This document shows, one piece after another, positions 34,307-46,119 of a stretch of DNA of 64,000 nt (positions within the stretch are counted from its first letter, which is position 1; each line of letters opens with the position of its first letter). Where the stretch lies: contig NEEC01000011.1 in the NCBI GenBank assembly GCA_002189035.1, forward strand, positions 2,542,001 through 2,606,000, given 5' to 3'. The notes beneath the pieces are model-generated. The model saw only the letters and a program-made list of their open reading frames with translations. It was not told where the DNA came from and did no database searches. The position numbers and the translations under genes were made by a program. Source of the stretch: Utricularia gibba. Its lineage: Eukaryota > Plantae > Magnoliophyta.

Positions 34307-36703
34307 ATGCGAATGAAAATGAAGCTTCTGGCTTTGTTGCTTGTACCCACTTGGCTTCTTGGTTGTCTTTCGTTTCCAGCTCCAGTGCAACTAAATCCCG
34401 ACCCCCCAGTTTCCGACTCTGTTCTTCCGACCGAAAAAGATCCTGTTTTTAATAAGAATTCGTCTGATATTGTGGCTAGTACACCAGGTACTTTCAAATT
34501 TCTCCCCTGCATTAAGTCTTGTAGTATTCAACTTCTGGCTTTACTTAAAGCATGTCGTTTACAGCCCATTTCTCTTCAAGTTGCAGATTCCCATGATTGG
34601 AAAATTTGCAAAAAATTCTTGCTGATTGACCCATTGACTCTGTTCGTCTTTCTCCAGAAATTGTCTTTAGGGATAATTGCACTTTTCATACGAGTGGCTG
34701 TCTTTATGTGGCTTAACTTTTTTCGCTCGCTTTTTCTTTTTGTTTGTTAGCTATCTTAATAGCGAACCCATTTCCCCTGGATCTATCATTGCAGTGTTTA
34801 AAGCGGCGCACCACCCGGATTTGAACAAGAAAATAGTGATTGCTCTCGTGGTTTCTTCCTCTCTTCTTGTTGGGATTCTTCTCCTGTTGTCTTGTTTTTC
34901 CATATACAGATTGAAAAAGTTGAAAAAATCAAACCAAGAGTCAGGTATATCGAGTAGAAGTCTTGTTTCTTGTCCTCCATTTCTGATGTGCGCATTGAAT
35001 TAACATGGATTGGTCACAGATCCTACGAAGAACACTTCTTTTGGTCCGATTTCGAAGAAGTTCAGTTATTTGATAACTGGTGGGAAGAAGGATCTAATCA
35101 GTGAAATTGAGTACCAGTTGCTTGTTGCAGCTACTAACAATTTCAATGAAGCAAATGTAGTAAGTGAGAGCGGATCAGGGAGGGTGTATAAGGCTCATTT
35201 CAGCGCTGATCACAGTGCAGCTGTTAAGAAAATATCTGGTGATGGCCAGGAAGCTGAGAAAGAGTTTGAGGTTTGAATAACTTTTCAGCTTTCAAAGTGT
35301 TCCCATTCTGTGCATTGCTTCTTTACTATAATGCCTATCTAAAAATGCAGAATGAGCTCAAATGGCTGACTAGACTTGAGCATCAGAACGTAGTATCTCT
35401 TTTGGGATACTGCTTACACGGTGAAGCACGGTTTCTGGTTTATGAAATGATGGAGAATGGCTCTCTCGAGTTCCATTTGCGTGGTATATTATCAGTGTCC
35501 TCAATGATCATGAGAAAAAAAACATGTAATTTGTGGAGGAACTGTTGATGGTGAACACACTTCTTTGGTTATTTGCATCAGGACCTTTCCAGCGATCGAA
35601 CTTTTCATGGGATTTGAGAATGAAGATTGCATTAGATGTTGCCAGGTATATTTCATCACATCTCAACAGTTTTTGCATGAGCTGATGCAACTTAATGAAT
35701 CCTTTTCAGAGGACTGGAATACCTCCACGAGCGCTGTGACCCTCTTGTGATTCACCGGAACCTCAGATCCTCCAACATTCTACTTGATTCCAGTTTCAAC
35801 GCCAAGGTGCCTTTCTGTGAATCCATGAGTAGTTACTTTTCTTGTTCTTTCACCATATTTGCCACCCATCATTGTTTTTTGTGCTTGCTTGCTGCTGTGC
35901 TCCAGCTTTCTGATTTCGGCCTGGCAACAACCGGAGTAAACTCAAACAAAACGGCTGTCAAACTTTCAGGAAGAGCAGACTATGTAGCTCCTGAGTACCT
36001 TCTCAGTGGTGAGATCACTTCCCCAAATATGATTCCAACTGCTGATACTTGCATTTCCATGAATAAAGATGTGCTTACAGACATTTTGTATAAGCTGCTT
36101 AGTGGATAGCAACCAAATTGTGTTCTTGCATGAAGCCATAGCAGTGCAAGGGCAAGCATTCATGATTTCATATGATTCATTAGTCCTCCTTCACCCAAAC
36201 AGGCAAGCTTACTGACAAGAGCGATGTGTATGCATTTGGTGTGGTTCTTTTGGAGCTCCTGATCGGAAAGAATCGCATAGCGAAAGTAGGCGAATCGCAG
36301 TGCCAATCCATAGTCTCATGGGTAAGCATTTCTGGAAACAATCTGTTTGCCTTCATAGTTTACTGATCTAGCAGTGATGAAAACAGGCAATGCCTCAGCT
36401 TACTGATAGATCAAAGCTCCCCAGTATGGTAGACCCTGCCATCAGAGACACCATGGATCTGAAGCACCTGTATCAAGTAAACCAATCTCTTCCTCCTTCC
36501 TTATCAGGTCTAGCAACAACCCTTTTTTCTCATGAAACCTGCACTTACACCAGGTAGCAGCCATAGCTGTGCTGTGTGTTCAACCAGAGCCCAGTTACAG
36601 ACCACTCATAACCGATGTGTTGCACTCGTTCATCCCCTTGGTTCCTGCTGATCTCGGAGGTTCACTCAGAGTCACAGACTCAGGTCCCCCTACATGTACA
36701 TAA
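34307..36703 (+). CDS. Receptor-like kinase (At1g80640-like), probable pseudokinase; exons 34307-34487, 34795-34944, 35020-35270, 35351-35483, 35582-35645, 35710-35806, 35906-36008, 36203-36321, 36387-36476, 36554-36703
   Basis: Signal peptide, short ectodomain, TM helix [19 protein letters not shown], then kinase with AAVKK, HRN (AAC at 35759-35761), [19 protein letters not shown] and [18 protein letters not shown]. Confidence 0.9.
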
Positions 36704-36912
36704 TCTCAGATTCATGCCGTGTTTTCGACACGGGTTCGCTGCGTTTCGCAGCCCAATTACAGATCACTGATAACCGATGTATTGTACTCGTTCATCCCCT
36801 TGGTTCCTACTGATCTCGGAGGTTCACTCAGAGTCACAGACTCAGGTCTCCCTACATGTACATAATCTCAGATTCATACCATTTTTTCGACATGGGTTCG
36901 CTGCGTTTCGCA
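36595..36912 (+). repeat. Tandem duplication (162-bp period; 36595-36750 and 36757-36912) of the last RLK codons, stop and proximal 3' UTR
   Basis: 156-nt copies align without gaps with 10 substitutions by manual count. Confidence 0.97.
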
Positions 36913-37326
36913 TCAGGACTTGTTCATACTCCAATGATATTGCCATTAGTTCATAATTCAAGGTATTCTCACACGATCACAAGGCATGAGGAACTAGACA
37001 ATGAGTAGAAAGAACACCACAAGTGGGAGAGCTTCATGGTGAGTGAGGACAGCAAGTTGTTGGGTTAGGACAAGGACAAGGGGGGAGTCACATGGTCTTG
37101 AAAACGAGGTTTGTGGGCATAGCTCTTAAAGAGTAACATGCCTTGGTACATATAAAAATGCTACCTACCACATGCGCCACGAATGTCCGCCCCTGCAAAA
37201 CAAGTAATATCAATTTGACCCCAATTGGAATTTATATATTCGTTCACTTGCGGGGCCTATATGTAAATATCTTCTATATCGAGAAAGGAGCGAGGTTTCC
37301 ATTTCAACGGAACATTCTATTTCGGT

Positions 37327-37848
37327 TCAGCTGAGTTCAGGGGAGAACTCCATTGGGCCACGATGAAGCAACTCCTGGATCATCTGATCAATTTGATCAT
37401 CTTCCAGAGGGGCGCCGCCGCTCATTTCCCCCTCCAAACCCATCGGCTCACCTTTCATTCCAGTCGCGCCTCGTCCCTGCCCCTGCTCGTGTTTGTTTGC
37501 TACTTGTAGAGAAGCCAAGTGGCAACATTTCTGCAGCTTTGCCATAAGGTTTGCCGGAAGAAGGATCCGCGGTTCGTCGGGACGGTGGCCGAAGTTGGTG
37601 CGCACATTCGGCCCGCACATTATCAGCGCAGCCTCGTCGTAAGCCCTTGCAGCATCCTCCGCGGTCTCGAACGTCCCCAGCCATATTCTCGTCTTCCTGC
37701 GTCGCGACGATTAAAATGGCAAGAATTCTCTAAACAAAATAGCGTGCGTAATGTGCTCTACTTACAGCGAAGGGTGGCGGATCTCCGACACCCAAGAACC
37801 CCAATGGCGCTGGCGCACGCCGCGGTAGCGTTGGCGAGATCTAGGCAT
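37327..37848 (-). CDS. AP2/ERF transcription factor, ERF003/ESE3 (SHN-clade)-like; exons 37848-37766, 37696-37327
   Basis: [63 protein letters not shown]; [13 protein letters not shown] and [14 protein letters not shown] motifs; single intron inside the AP2 domain. Confidence 0.94.
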
Positions 37849-39470
37849 GAATGATGATGGACGGGCAGGGGGTTCGTGCAGTGCAGATGTTCGACGAAAT
37901 GTGTGTTCGGAAGAAGGAGGGATTTATTGACTATGGCTTCGGGCTAGCAATGAATGCACCCCCACCCGCTTTTTAAAAAATGTATTATTATTTTTTAAAT
38001 GGTCTAGTCACCTGGGCCCAGTCCAAAACCTTGTACATCTGAACGGACACCATCCATAACGAGTGCGGCCGTGTCCTGCGCCGCGTGTCCGTCCGTGTCC
38101 ATCTCCTCCAATGGGGGACTTGACGAGCTTGCCATAAACAAGATTTCCATGTGCAATTATGATGATCTGAACCAAACATATGATGCCACTCCAAATAGTC
38201 CACCACGTCCATCAACGTGACATGTAGGAACGCCCTTCCCTTCACATGGCATTCCCCAAGATATACAATTGGAGATCAAGACTCCCACAATCGAGGTCGT
38301 TTATAAAACTATCCGCCTCTCATTTATCTCACACACATTAAATACAAAAAATTATATATAAGATGAATAGTGTTATCATACAGTCATTTAATAGTGTATA
38401 TTTTTTAAAATCATCCTCTACAATCCTTATCATGGGGTTCGCACTAGTCACTCCACGACAGTCTTCTCACCATCCATCCACCTAGAGGAGATGTATTGGA
38501 AGAAAACAAAGAGTAGTAGGTTTGGTGAGGCATGGTGCGTGGGGTGGTAATTATGTGTAATTAAGTAAGGAAAAAAAGGGAAGCCAATTATATTGGGAGG
38601 GAGACACGACACCATGCGGAGTGATCACGTCACATGTCTGCATTCCTTTGTGCACCGGGGAACCCTCCCCACGTGCCTTTTCATCTCCCGGAATTGGCAT
38701 TGCACGTAAGAGGAGTCGACATGCACCCTCAACCTTGAAATCAAATGAACGCCATACTCATGCATCCCACATGATAACATCCATACAAAATTATTATTAA
38801 AAATATTAAATATTTCTAAACCTGGGCCAGTAATCAATGGTGAGGCAAAAGTGAGTGAGTATGTTGAATTTCCAAGAAAAAAGTGTTCGATTCAATAAAG
38901 AGTGTAATTATTTAGGTGAATTTTATATTAATTACGTATATGATTTAAAAAATAGTTTATATGTAATTATCTTCTTTAATTTTGTATGATATATTTTACT
39001 CAAAATTGGAAAACATAAAATAGTGATCATTGAATGGTGGGAGAGTGTAACATAGTACCATACAAGGATGGATCATCATTTTTTACTACAACGTTTGACA
39101 CATGTCATAACCAACCTCACGTGTGTGGGTCCCGCTTCTGCGGTAAGTTCGTTGCCCTTGTTGACGAATGGGACCCAGCTCTAGGGTTTACCCAGTACGG
39201 GCATAGCAGGAAGTTATTCAATTTTTTTTAAAAAAAATTATTTACACAATTAAAAATATTATTATTAATTTAACCATACTAAAAAATGGGAATTTTAATG
39301 TAAATTGGTCAACGAGACATCAACAATACTGATTACGCCAAGGGATAATTAAATGAATTTTTTGTAAATTAAAACAGAAGAAATCATTGTGTGTTATGTG
39401 AAAAGGAAGCACTTGATACGGCAGATGGCGAATAAAACGGGATGGCTGAAGATTTTGCTTCGTGTTCTTC

Positions 39471-40956
39471 TTAGTCGGAATCAGAGTCGGGATGGGAAGA
39501 CGACGATCTCACGCTCCGGTGTCTAGATTCATCGTGATCATCGGTGTCTTCGTCTTTAACGGCTTCGATTATGGCTGCAGGCACTGGTTTATGAGATGCG
39601 GGCTAGGGAAGCGGCGAAGGAAAGAAAGAACTGACCTTTCTTCAGAAAGAAGTTTTCCAGGGTCTTGGTAGTGAAGTCATCTTTCCCTCCCAGGTCTTGG
39701 AAACCGACGAGCCGATCCGTTGCAACTCCTTTCCTGGGGAAAGAGGAAAAAGAAACAAACTTGGATGGGGTTGGAGCAACCAGGTGTCAGAAAACAGTAG
39801 CCAAGCGTTGGAAACCTGAACAGGATGACGCATGGCAGGGTTTTGATTCCTAGCTTCGAAACAAAGAAAGGGGCATTCTGCGAGAAAACAGAGCAACTTC
39901 TGATATGAACGGATTTTTTTTTTTTTTTTCTGAGATGCGCTTAAGCCCTCTATTCTAACCTCAGCATCCAGTTTGATGAACTTGGTCTTGAAGTGGATGG
40001 AAGCAAGAGCCTTCAAATGCTTATCAATAATCCTTTGAAAATGCACAAGAAATGGCTAAGTGATGACAGATTCCAAAAACTTGCAGTGGTGCCAAAAGTC
40101 ATGTTCTTGGCACAGATCAAAATGAAAAAACTTTCATGTTCTTACTTGCAACGGTAGAACTCCCGATGGTAGAAATGGCAAATCACTTTTTCACTGCCAG
40201 TGACTTCACCCAAAAAGTCCGCTTCTGTTATCTCCCTGTACTCTCCATGACCTTGCATTTTAAGTTCCTGCCTTTTCTCTGCTTCTTTCTACAAATTAAA
40301 GCAAACGGAGTGAAAATTTGCAAGTCCGGAGCTCCATTTCTAGTTGTAGGTAGACCTGAATGTTGTACCTTGAGAGATGCAATCCTGTCAGCGTGCAATT
40401 TTTCCAGCTCGGGATCCTGCAGGAGTACTATAAGCGTGCTAGACATTGAGAAGAATGAAACATCTAGAGTGAAATAGATCCTTCACTCACATCCATCAAT
40501 TCATCCAGGTCAACTTCTTCGTTGACGGAGCTACCTCCAACGGCTTTCCCTCGGGCAAGCAATTCCTGCAAAAGAACTGGCAGTCAATAAAACTTCCCAA
40601 TCTTTACAACAATGACTTCGCAGAAATCACAGAATGAATGTTGACTGCATCCACTGAAAACAAGCTTTTTGTAATCCCAGGTTGCAACAAAATAAACAAT
40701 GAATGCAACTCGAAGTTGTGGTGGAACAAAGTAAAGCACCCACTTCAATCAGAATGCAGAGTCAGTTACTAGCTAGGGATTTCCATGAATGTTTAACAAC
40801 AAAATACAAATCAAGATTAGAGATCAAGAACTTGGGAGCATGGGTACGCTCAAAATATCCTAAAAGGAAAACCTTTTGATAATCCCGGGCAGCCGCAGCC
40901 ATCACATTCCCAAAAGCCAAATTAGAAAGCGTCGATTTCACCGAATCGGGATCCAT
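39471..40956 (-). CDS. PLP3: Phosducin-like protein 3 / thioredoxin domain-containing protein 9 homolog; exons 40956-40873, 40565-40491, 40416-40369, 40288-40146, 40032-39960, 39877-39816, 39733-39636, 39574-39471
   Basis: MDPDSVKSTLSNLAFGNVMAAAARDYQK..DPELEKLHADRIASLK..GHGEYREI..CHFYHREFYRCKIIDKHLK..FIKLDAENAPFFVSKLGIKTLPCVILF. Confidence 0.94.
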
Positions 40957-41114
40957 TTCCGCACTCTTTCTCGTACAAGAGCTCTGTCACCACTGCAACG
41001 AATACTGAAGGCGAGGTAACTATTACCAACTTGCAGAGTACAATCCGAGGAGCAAGGAAGCAGAAGAATCGCGGAGATCTATCGCGGAAGAGAATCAGTT
41101 AAGCGTGAGGAATA

Positions 41115-41182
41115 TGGGCCTTCACTTGAAGCCCAATTTGATACTAAACCAAACAAGCCCGCATACCATCCACAAACCCTAA
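41115..41182. promoter_or_regulatory. Site II (TGGGCC/AGCCCA) plus telo-box (AAACCCTAA, 41174-41182) module in the 340-bp divergent promoter of PLP3 and RPL7
   Basis: Motifs read directly; this combination is typical of plant ribosomal-protein promoters. Confidence 0.65.
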
Positions 41183-41295
41183 AATTCGCTCCATTCTACA
41201 AGCCTGCTAGCCTTTTATCTTGGCAAGAGTTTGGAGCTTCTTTTGTAGCGGACTGTGTATTGGGGATCGCTTCTAGCAAAAGATAGTTGTTAATC

Positions 41296-42575
41296 ATGGC
41301 GGCGGCGGAGGAGCAGCCACCTCTGGCTCTGAACTACGTGCCGGAGGTCTTGTTGAAGAAGAGAAAGACCAACGAGGATTGGGCGATCAAAAGAAAGCTG
41401 CAGGCGGAAGAGCGTGCTAAGCGCCGTAAATCTGATAAATCAGCTATCAAGAAGCCTGAGCAGTTTGTCAGAGAGTTTCGCGACAAGGTTAGAACACTGA
41501 TGCGAATGCAACAAAGATTGAGAATTTTTGAATGATAACATATTTTTGTCTGTTCCTGATGAAGGAGGTGGACTTTATTCGAATGAAGAGTAGGGTGAAG
41601 AGAAAAAGAACCGCTGCCCTGATTCCTGAATCCAACAAGCCCTTATTTGTTATTCGAATCGGAGGGTTAGATTTTTGCTGTATTTTTATTTCAGGATTCT
41701 AGTGCTTTCATTTTTATGAGATTGCTTCGATTTTTACTCGGGTTTCTTTTTCAGCAAAAACGATATGCATCCGAAATCTCAGAAACTGTTGTACTCTCTG
41801 AGGTTGAGGAAAATTTTCAACGGGGTGTTTGTCCAGGCAAATCAGCGGGTGATTGATATCTTGCAGAAGGTGGAGCCTTTTGTTACCTATGGGTAAGATT
41901 CCTCCACAATCTGTCATATGGAGAAGAACCTGCATTCTTTGAAAGAATGCAGCTCTACTTTTTCCTGAATAGTTCATGAAATCTGTAATGTAGTTACCAA
42001 TTCGGAGCTCTGATGGAGTTCTCATACTTCATGAATCCCATAAAGTGTATAGTTAGCAAATTGCAGTTCTGTTCATGTACAAGTGAACTTGGTTCTTCTT
42101 GCTTCTCTTTAGCTAGTTTCCGTTGCCATAGTGTCAATAAATTCAGCCTTTCTCTTAATGTGTGCAGTTACCCTGATATGAAGAGTGTGAAGGATCTGAT
42201 TTACAAGAAGGGGGTTGTCAGGGTTGGGAAGGAAAGATTTCCTCTGACCAACAACAACATAGTAGAAGAGGTAGGAAATATAAACAAGCCTAATCTCTCT
42301 AAACTTCACTGCTTACCTGAAGAATATAACTCATGATGTTACTCATTTTCTCAATGCAGCAACTTGGGAAGTTTGATATCATATCTCTAGAGGATATGGT
42401 GAATGAGATTGCTAGAGTTGGCAAACATTACAAAGAAGTGTCTTCTTTTCTCTGCCCTTTTAAGCTCAACAATCCAGAAAAGGCTTTGCATGGCAAGAAA
42501 AGGAGATTTGAACAGGGAGGTGACTCTGGAAACAGGGGAGATCTGATAAATGAGCTGCTCAGGAAGATGAATTAG
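41296..42575 (+). CDS. RPL7: 60S ribosomal protein L7-1-like (uL30 family, divergent At1g80750/RLP7-type paralog); exons 41296-41487, 41565-41665, 41756-41892, 42168-42270, 42360-42575
   Basis: LNYVPEVLLKKRK..LFVIRIGG..LRLRKIFNGVFV..VEPFVTYGYP..PLTNNNIVEEQLGKFDIISLEDMVNEI..GDSGNRGDLINELLRKMN. Confidence 0.93.
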
Positions 42576-43048
42576 TAGTAGTTCTCTGCCTTGACGTCAG
42601 GGTAGTTTTGTACCGTGATTTCTTTGATATGAATCTCCGAGTTTCATGCATCCACTTTTGATACCATTATTCAATCCCAAATCCTAAATGTAATGAAAAA
42701 AAACCAGAATGTTTTCAATCTAAGGTTTTTACAAGGGATGGCGAGATCCTATGTTGGAAGAAAATGAAGAAAATAGTTGTGAAGGGTGGATATGTAATTA
42801 ACAAAGCAGGTGGGGTTGAAATGCAAAGTCGGTAGATGCTGTGACTGACCACTGTAAAGAAAATGGAGGAGAATGGGCTTCAGAGAAACTGCCAGCGTAT
42901 TATTTCTTAGAAACCCTCTACTTTGCGTTAATTACAGTACAAATGCTGTCTCGTAATCCGTACAATAACAGCCAAAAAAGATTATTTATTTTATTTATTG
43001 TGATTTATGAACAATTGGAAAAGAAGTCGTTGGGTCGACGTGGCAGCT

Positions 43049-44340
43049 TCAATTTTCGCCTTGCCAACTCCAAACGATCTCCTTGAGCGCAGGCCGTGCC
43101 TCCTCGCAGAACTGCTGGTATTCGAGCGTGTCGCCGGCAGATTTCGAGAACTCGACAACCGCGACCTCCGGGGCAACCTCGAACACCTCGGCCGTCACCC
43201 CGAGTCTTCCTTTCCGGCCCTCGGAAGTCCCCTGCATCATCAATTTGTAATCTTTGCTAGACACCGTTTTGAGCTTGAGCGTCTCCGCTAGCAGCTGCAG
43301 CTTCACCATCGCCGTCGCAGCGGAGCACTTCGCCGTGAAAAGGGAACCCGATTTCTTCTGGTTTTCGAATAAGCTTGATAAGTCGAAGCCAGAGGACATG
43401 GAGGAGATGAATTCAAAGGCGCTGTAGAACGGCGGGGCTGCTGTTGATTCGGAGATGGCTGCTTCGTCGTTATCAGTCGGTTCCGGGTTTGGGATCGCAA
43501 CGGAGCGATTGAAATTTCGGTGAAACCAGGGGATTCTCATAATCGCCGGAATCGTAATCCGCCGCGCCGGATCCGGTACAAGCATCCGCGAAATAAGCTT
43601 CTTGGATTCACTCGAAAACCAGGACGGGAACTCGACTTTAGCCTTGACAATCTTGGTGTACATTTTGATCAAATTAGCTCCCTGGAATGGCAGATACCCT
43701 GCCAGAAGCACATACAGAATCACCCCACAAGACCAAATATCCGCCTGCCCGCCGTCGTAGCCTTTCTTCCGGAGAATATCTGGCGCGATGTACGCCGGAG
43801 TTCCACACTGGGTATGCAAAAGCCCATCGTTACGCAGCTGCTCCGGCAACGCTGATAACCCGAAATCGGAAACCTTCAAATTCCCATTTTCATCGAGTAA
43901 CAGATTCTCCAGTTTCAAATCGCGATGAGAAACCCCACGGCTGTGACAGAAATCAACGGCGCTAATCAGTTGCTGAAAATACTTCCTCGCGGAATCCTCC
44001 TCCAATCTCCCCATGGCGATTTTACGTAATAGATCTCCCCCTTTTACATACTCCATGACGAAGTAAACCTTCCCTTGGTCGCCATAACTTCTTTGATTTC
44101 CACGATGTTCGGGTGCCGCACGAGACGCATAACCGCGATTTCGCGGCTGATGAGGTCGATTTGCCATTGCCTCTTGACGTGATCCTTGCAGATGACTTTA
44201 ACGGCGACGCTTTCCTTGGTGACCAGATTCCGCGCATAGTAAACCTTAGCGAAGGTGCCCCGGCCGAGAAGACGACCCATCTCGTATTTATTGAAAAGGA
44301 TATCCCGACCGCCGCCGGCAGGAAGAAGAGGATCTTCCAT
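43049..44340 (-). CDS. CBL-interacting protein kinase (SnRK3/CIPK, intronless clade; CIPK5/16/25-like); -1 frameshift near 44073 as assembled
   Basis: [72 protein letters not shown]; NAF/FISL motif [20 protein letters not shown]. Confidence 0.94.
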
Positions 44341-46119
44341 GAGTGTGGTGGGTGAGACACGCTTGTGCTATTCGAGAGGCTGTGGAAGGGTTTATATACA
44401 AAGCATCGGCGTTGGCGCCTCTGCGGACCAGCCGCCGGAGTTTTTGAAGACTGGAACGGGCTGTCTGGACTGTTTCAGTCACTACAAATGAAACGGCATC
44501 CTTGACTCCCTTTTTTATTTCTTAATTAGTTATATATATAATATTATAATATTAGCTAGATGCTAATAATATGTGGGCCCTCCTTTTTTCCACATCAGAA
44601 TATTATGTATATTTCACACTCAATTTTTTCTATATAATATTACAATATTTGCAAGATATTTATACTGACTTCCTTCCACTGGTTATGCTCAGGCGTCGTT
44701 TTGTTGGTAATGATGTGTTTGATATTAAGTATAACATAGAATATATTAACATTCGGGATAATAATAATATATTTAGTAATTGAAAGTAAATTTTTTTAAG
44801 ATACTTTTTTACTCTTTACAAAATATAAAATTATCTTCATTAACACCACTCCTTATTTGTATACCTTGAATCATGAGAAATTTATATCGAGATAATTTAT
44901 ATCGATATAACTAACAAACATAGCATTAAAGAATCCCATCGTCCTTTCCATCTATCCATACTATGCTCTCTTGACGTCTGTGTGTGCTGCTTATTCATCA
45001 CCAACATTCTGTTGCATGTTATAAACCAAGGTGCTAGCATTCGATATCCTAATGTCGAAAAAAGCATCACTTTTTCATCGCACATGAGACTCTAGATGGG
45101 ATCTTCAAAACCAAGGTGACGTCACTCAACATCACACAATCTAAGCAAGAAGGGGGCGTATGGTGAGTAAAGAAGGGAGAAGGGAGGCTGAAATCCAACT
45201 CTCCCAATGGCAGCAAACTGCGTAGGCATGGCATGGGATGCCATGATTCATCTCCTCATCTGCAAAACCAGCCCCCCACATGGCCGCCTTTTGTCTACTC
45301 AATGCCCATGTGGTGGATGCTTGGGGATATCCCATGAGGCACTCTTCTGGCTCTGCCTTCTACCAGATGGGCCATGTGGGCATCTTTGATCGGCACGTAA
45401 TACCAGATGGACTCACCAAACACAGCTTGTGTTGGTGCGTGAGTGGGGATGGATAATCCCCACTTTTCAATGGGAGCATTACCGGAATAGATAGGGATAA
45501 TAGCAAGATAACCAAGTCATTTGTATAGCTCGAAAAGCAATGCTACCATAACCTTCTCAAGACACCCTACATGCACAAGGTTTAGGTACGGGAAGGGAGC
45601 GTAGATTGTGATATTTGGTATAAAACTAAATCAGAGTTCATACCAATGATGGTACACAGTAAATCACTCAACGAGAATACTAAGTATCTAATTAGATAAT
45701 AATATAAAATTAGAAGTTTAATAACCATATTTCATATTGGTTACAAATAGAAAAGATCACATACTGAAAGAGAGATTCCCTTTTTCAAGAGAAGTTAATG
45801 TAAAATTATGATGATTACGTATTGGAAACCTAAAAGATCCATAAACCCTCAATTTGAGACTAGAGTTGTTTAAGTGGGCTTGCAATTGGGCTGTCTGAGG
45901 ATTTGGGCCTTTTGCTTGATGCATAGTAGAGGCTCAAATCAACCATATTGTTTTTGTTACCGTAAATAAATAGATTAAATCGGTAAATAGGTCATAAGAT
46001 GCGTGGGACCCACTCCGGTGTCGATCCAGTTATCAACACACACTTCGAATCCAACGTACACTTCAAGTTCGGGATATCCAGTTTTCTGCATGTGTTGTCG
46101 GATTCTTGGGTGATCATCA

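Noticed and set aside
44897-44910. Palindrome TTATATCGATATAA
   Set aside because: Short and AT-rich; expected by chance in this composition.
45140-45850. Possible LTR or primer-binding-site remnant between CIPK and PnsB1
   Set aside because: TGGTATGAACTC is a poor match to the tRNA-Met PBS; no paired LTRs or coding remnants.
45999-46119. In-frame upstream ATG for PnsB1 given by the ORF track
   Set aside because: The extension is not transit-peptide-like. The ATG at 46120 resembles homologous starts better, although it needs a 1-nt correction.
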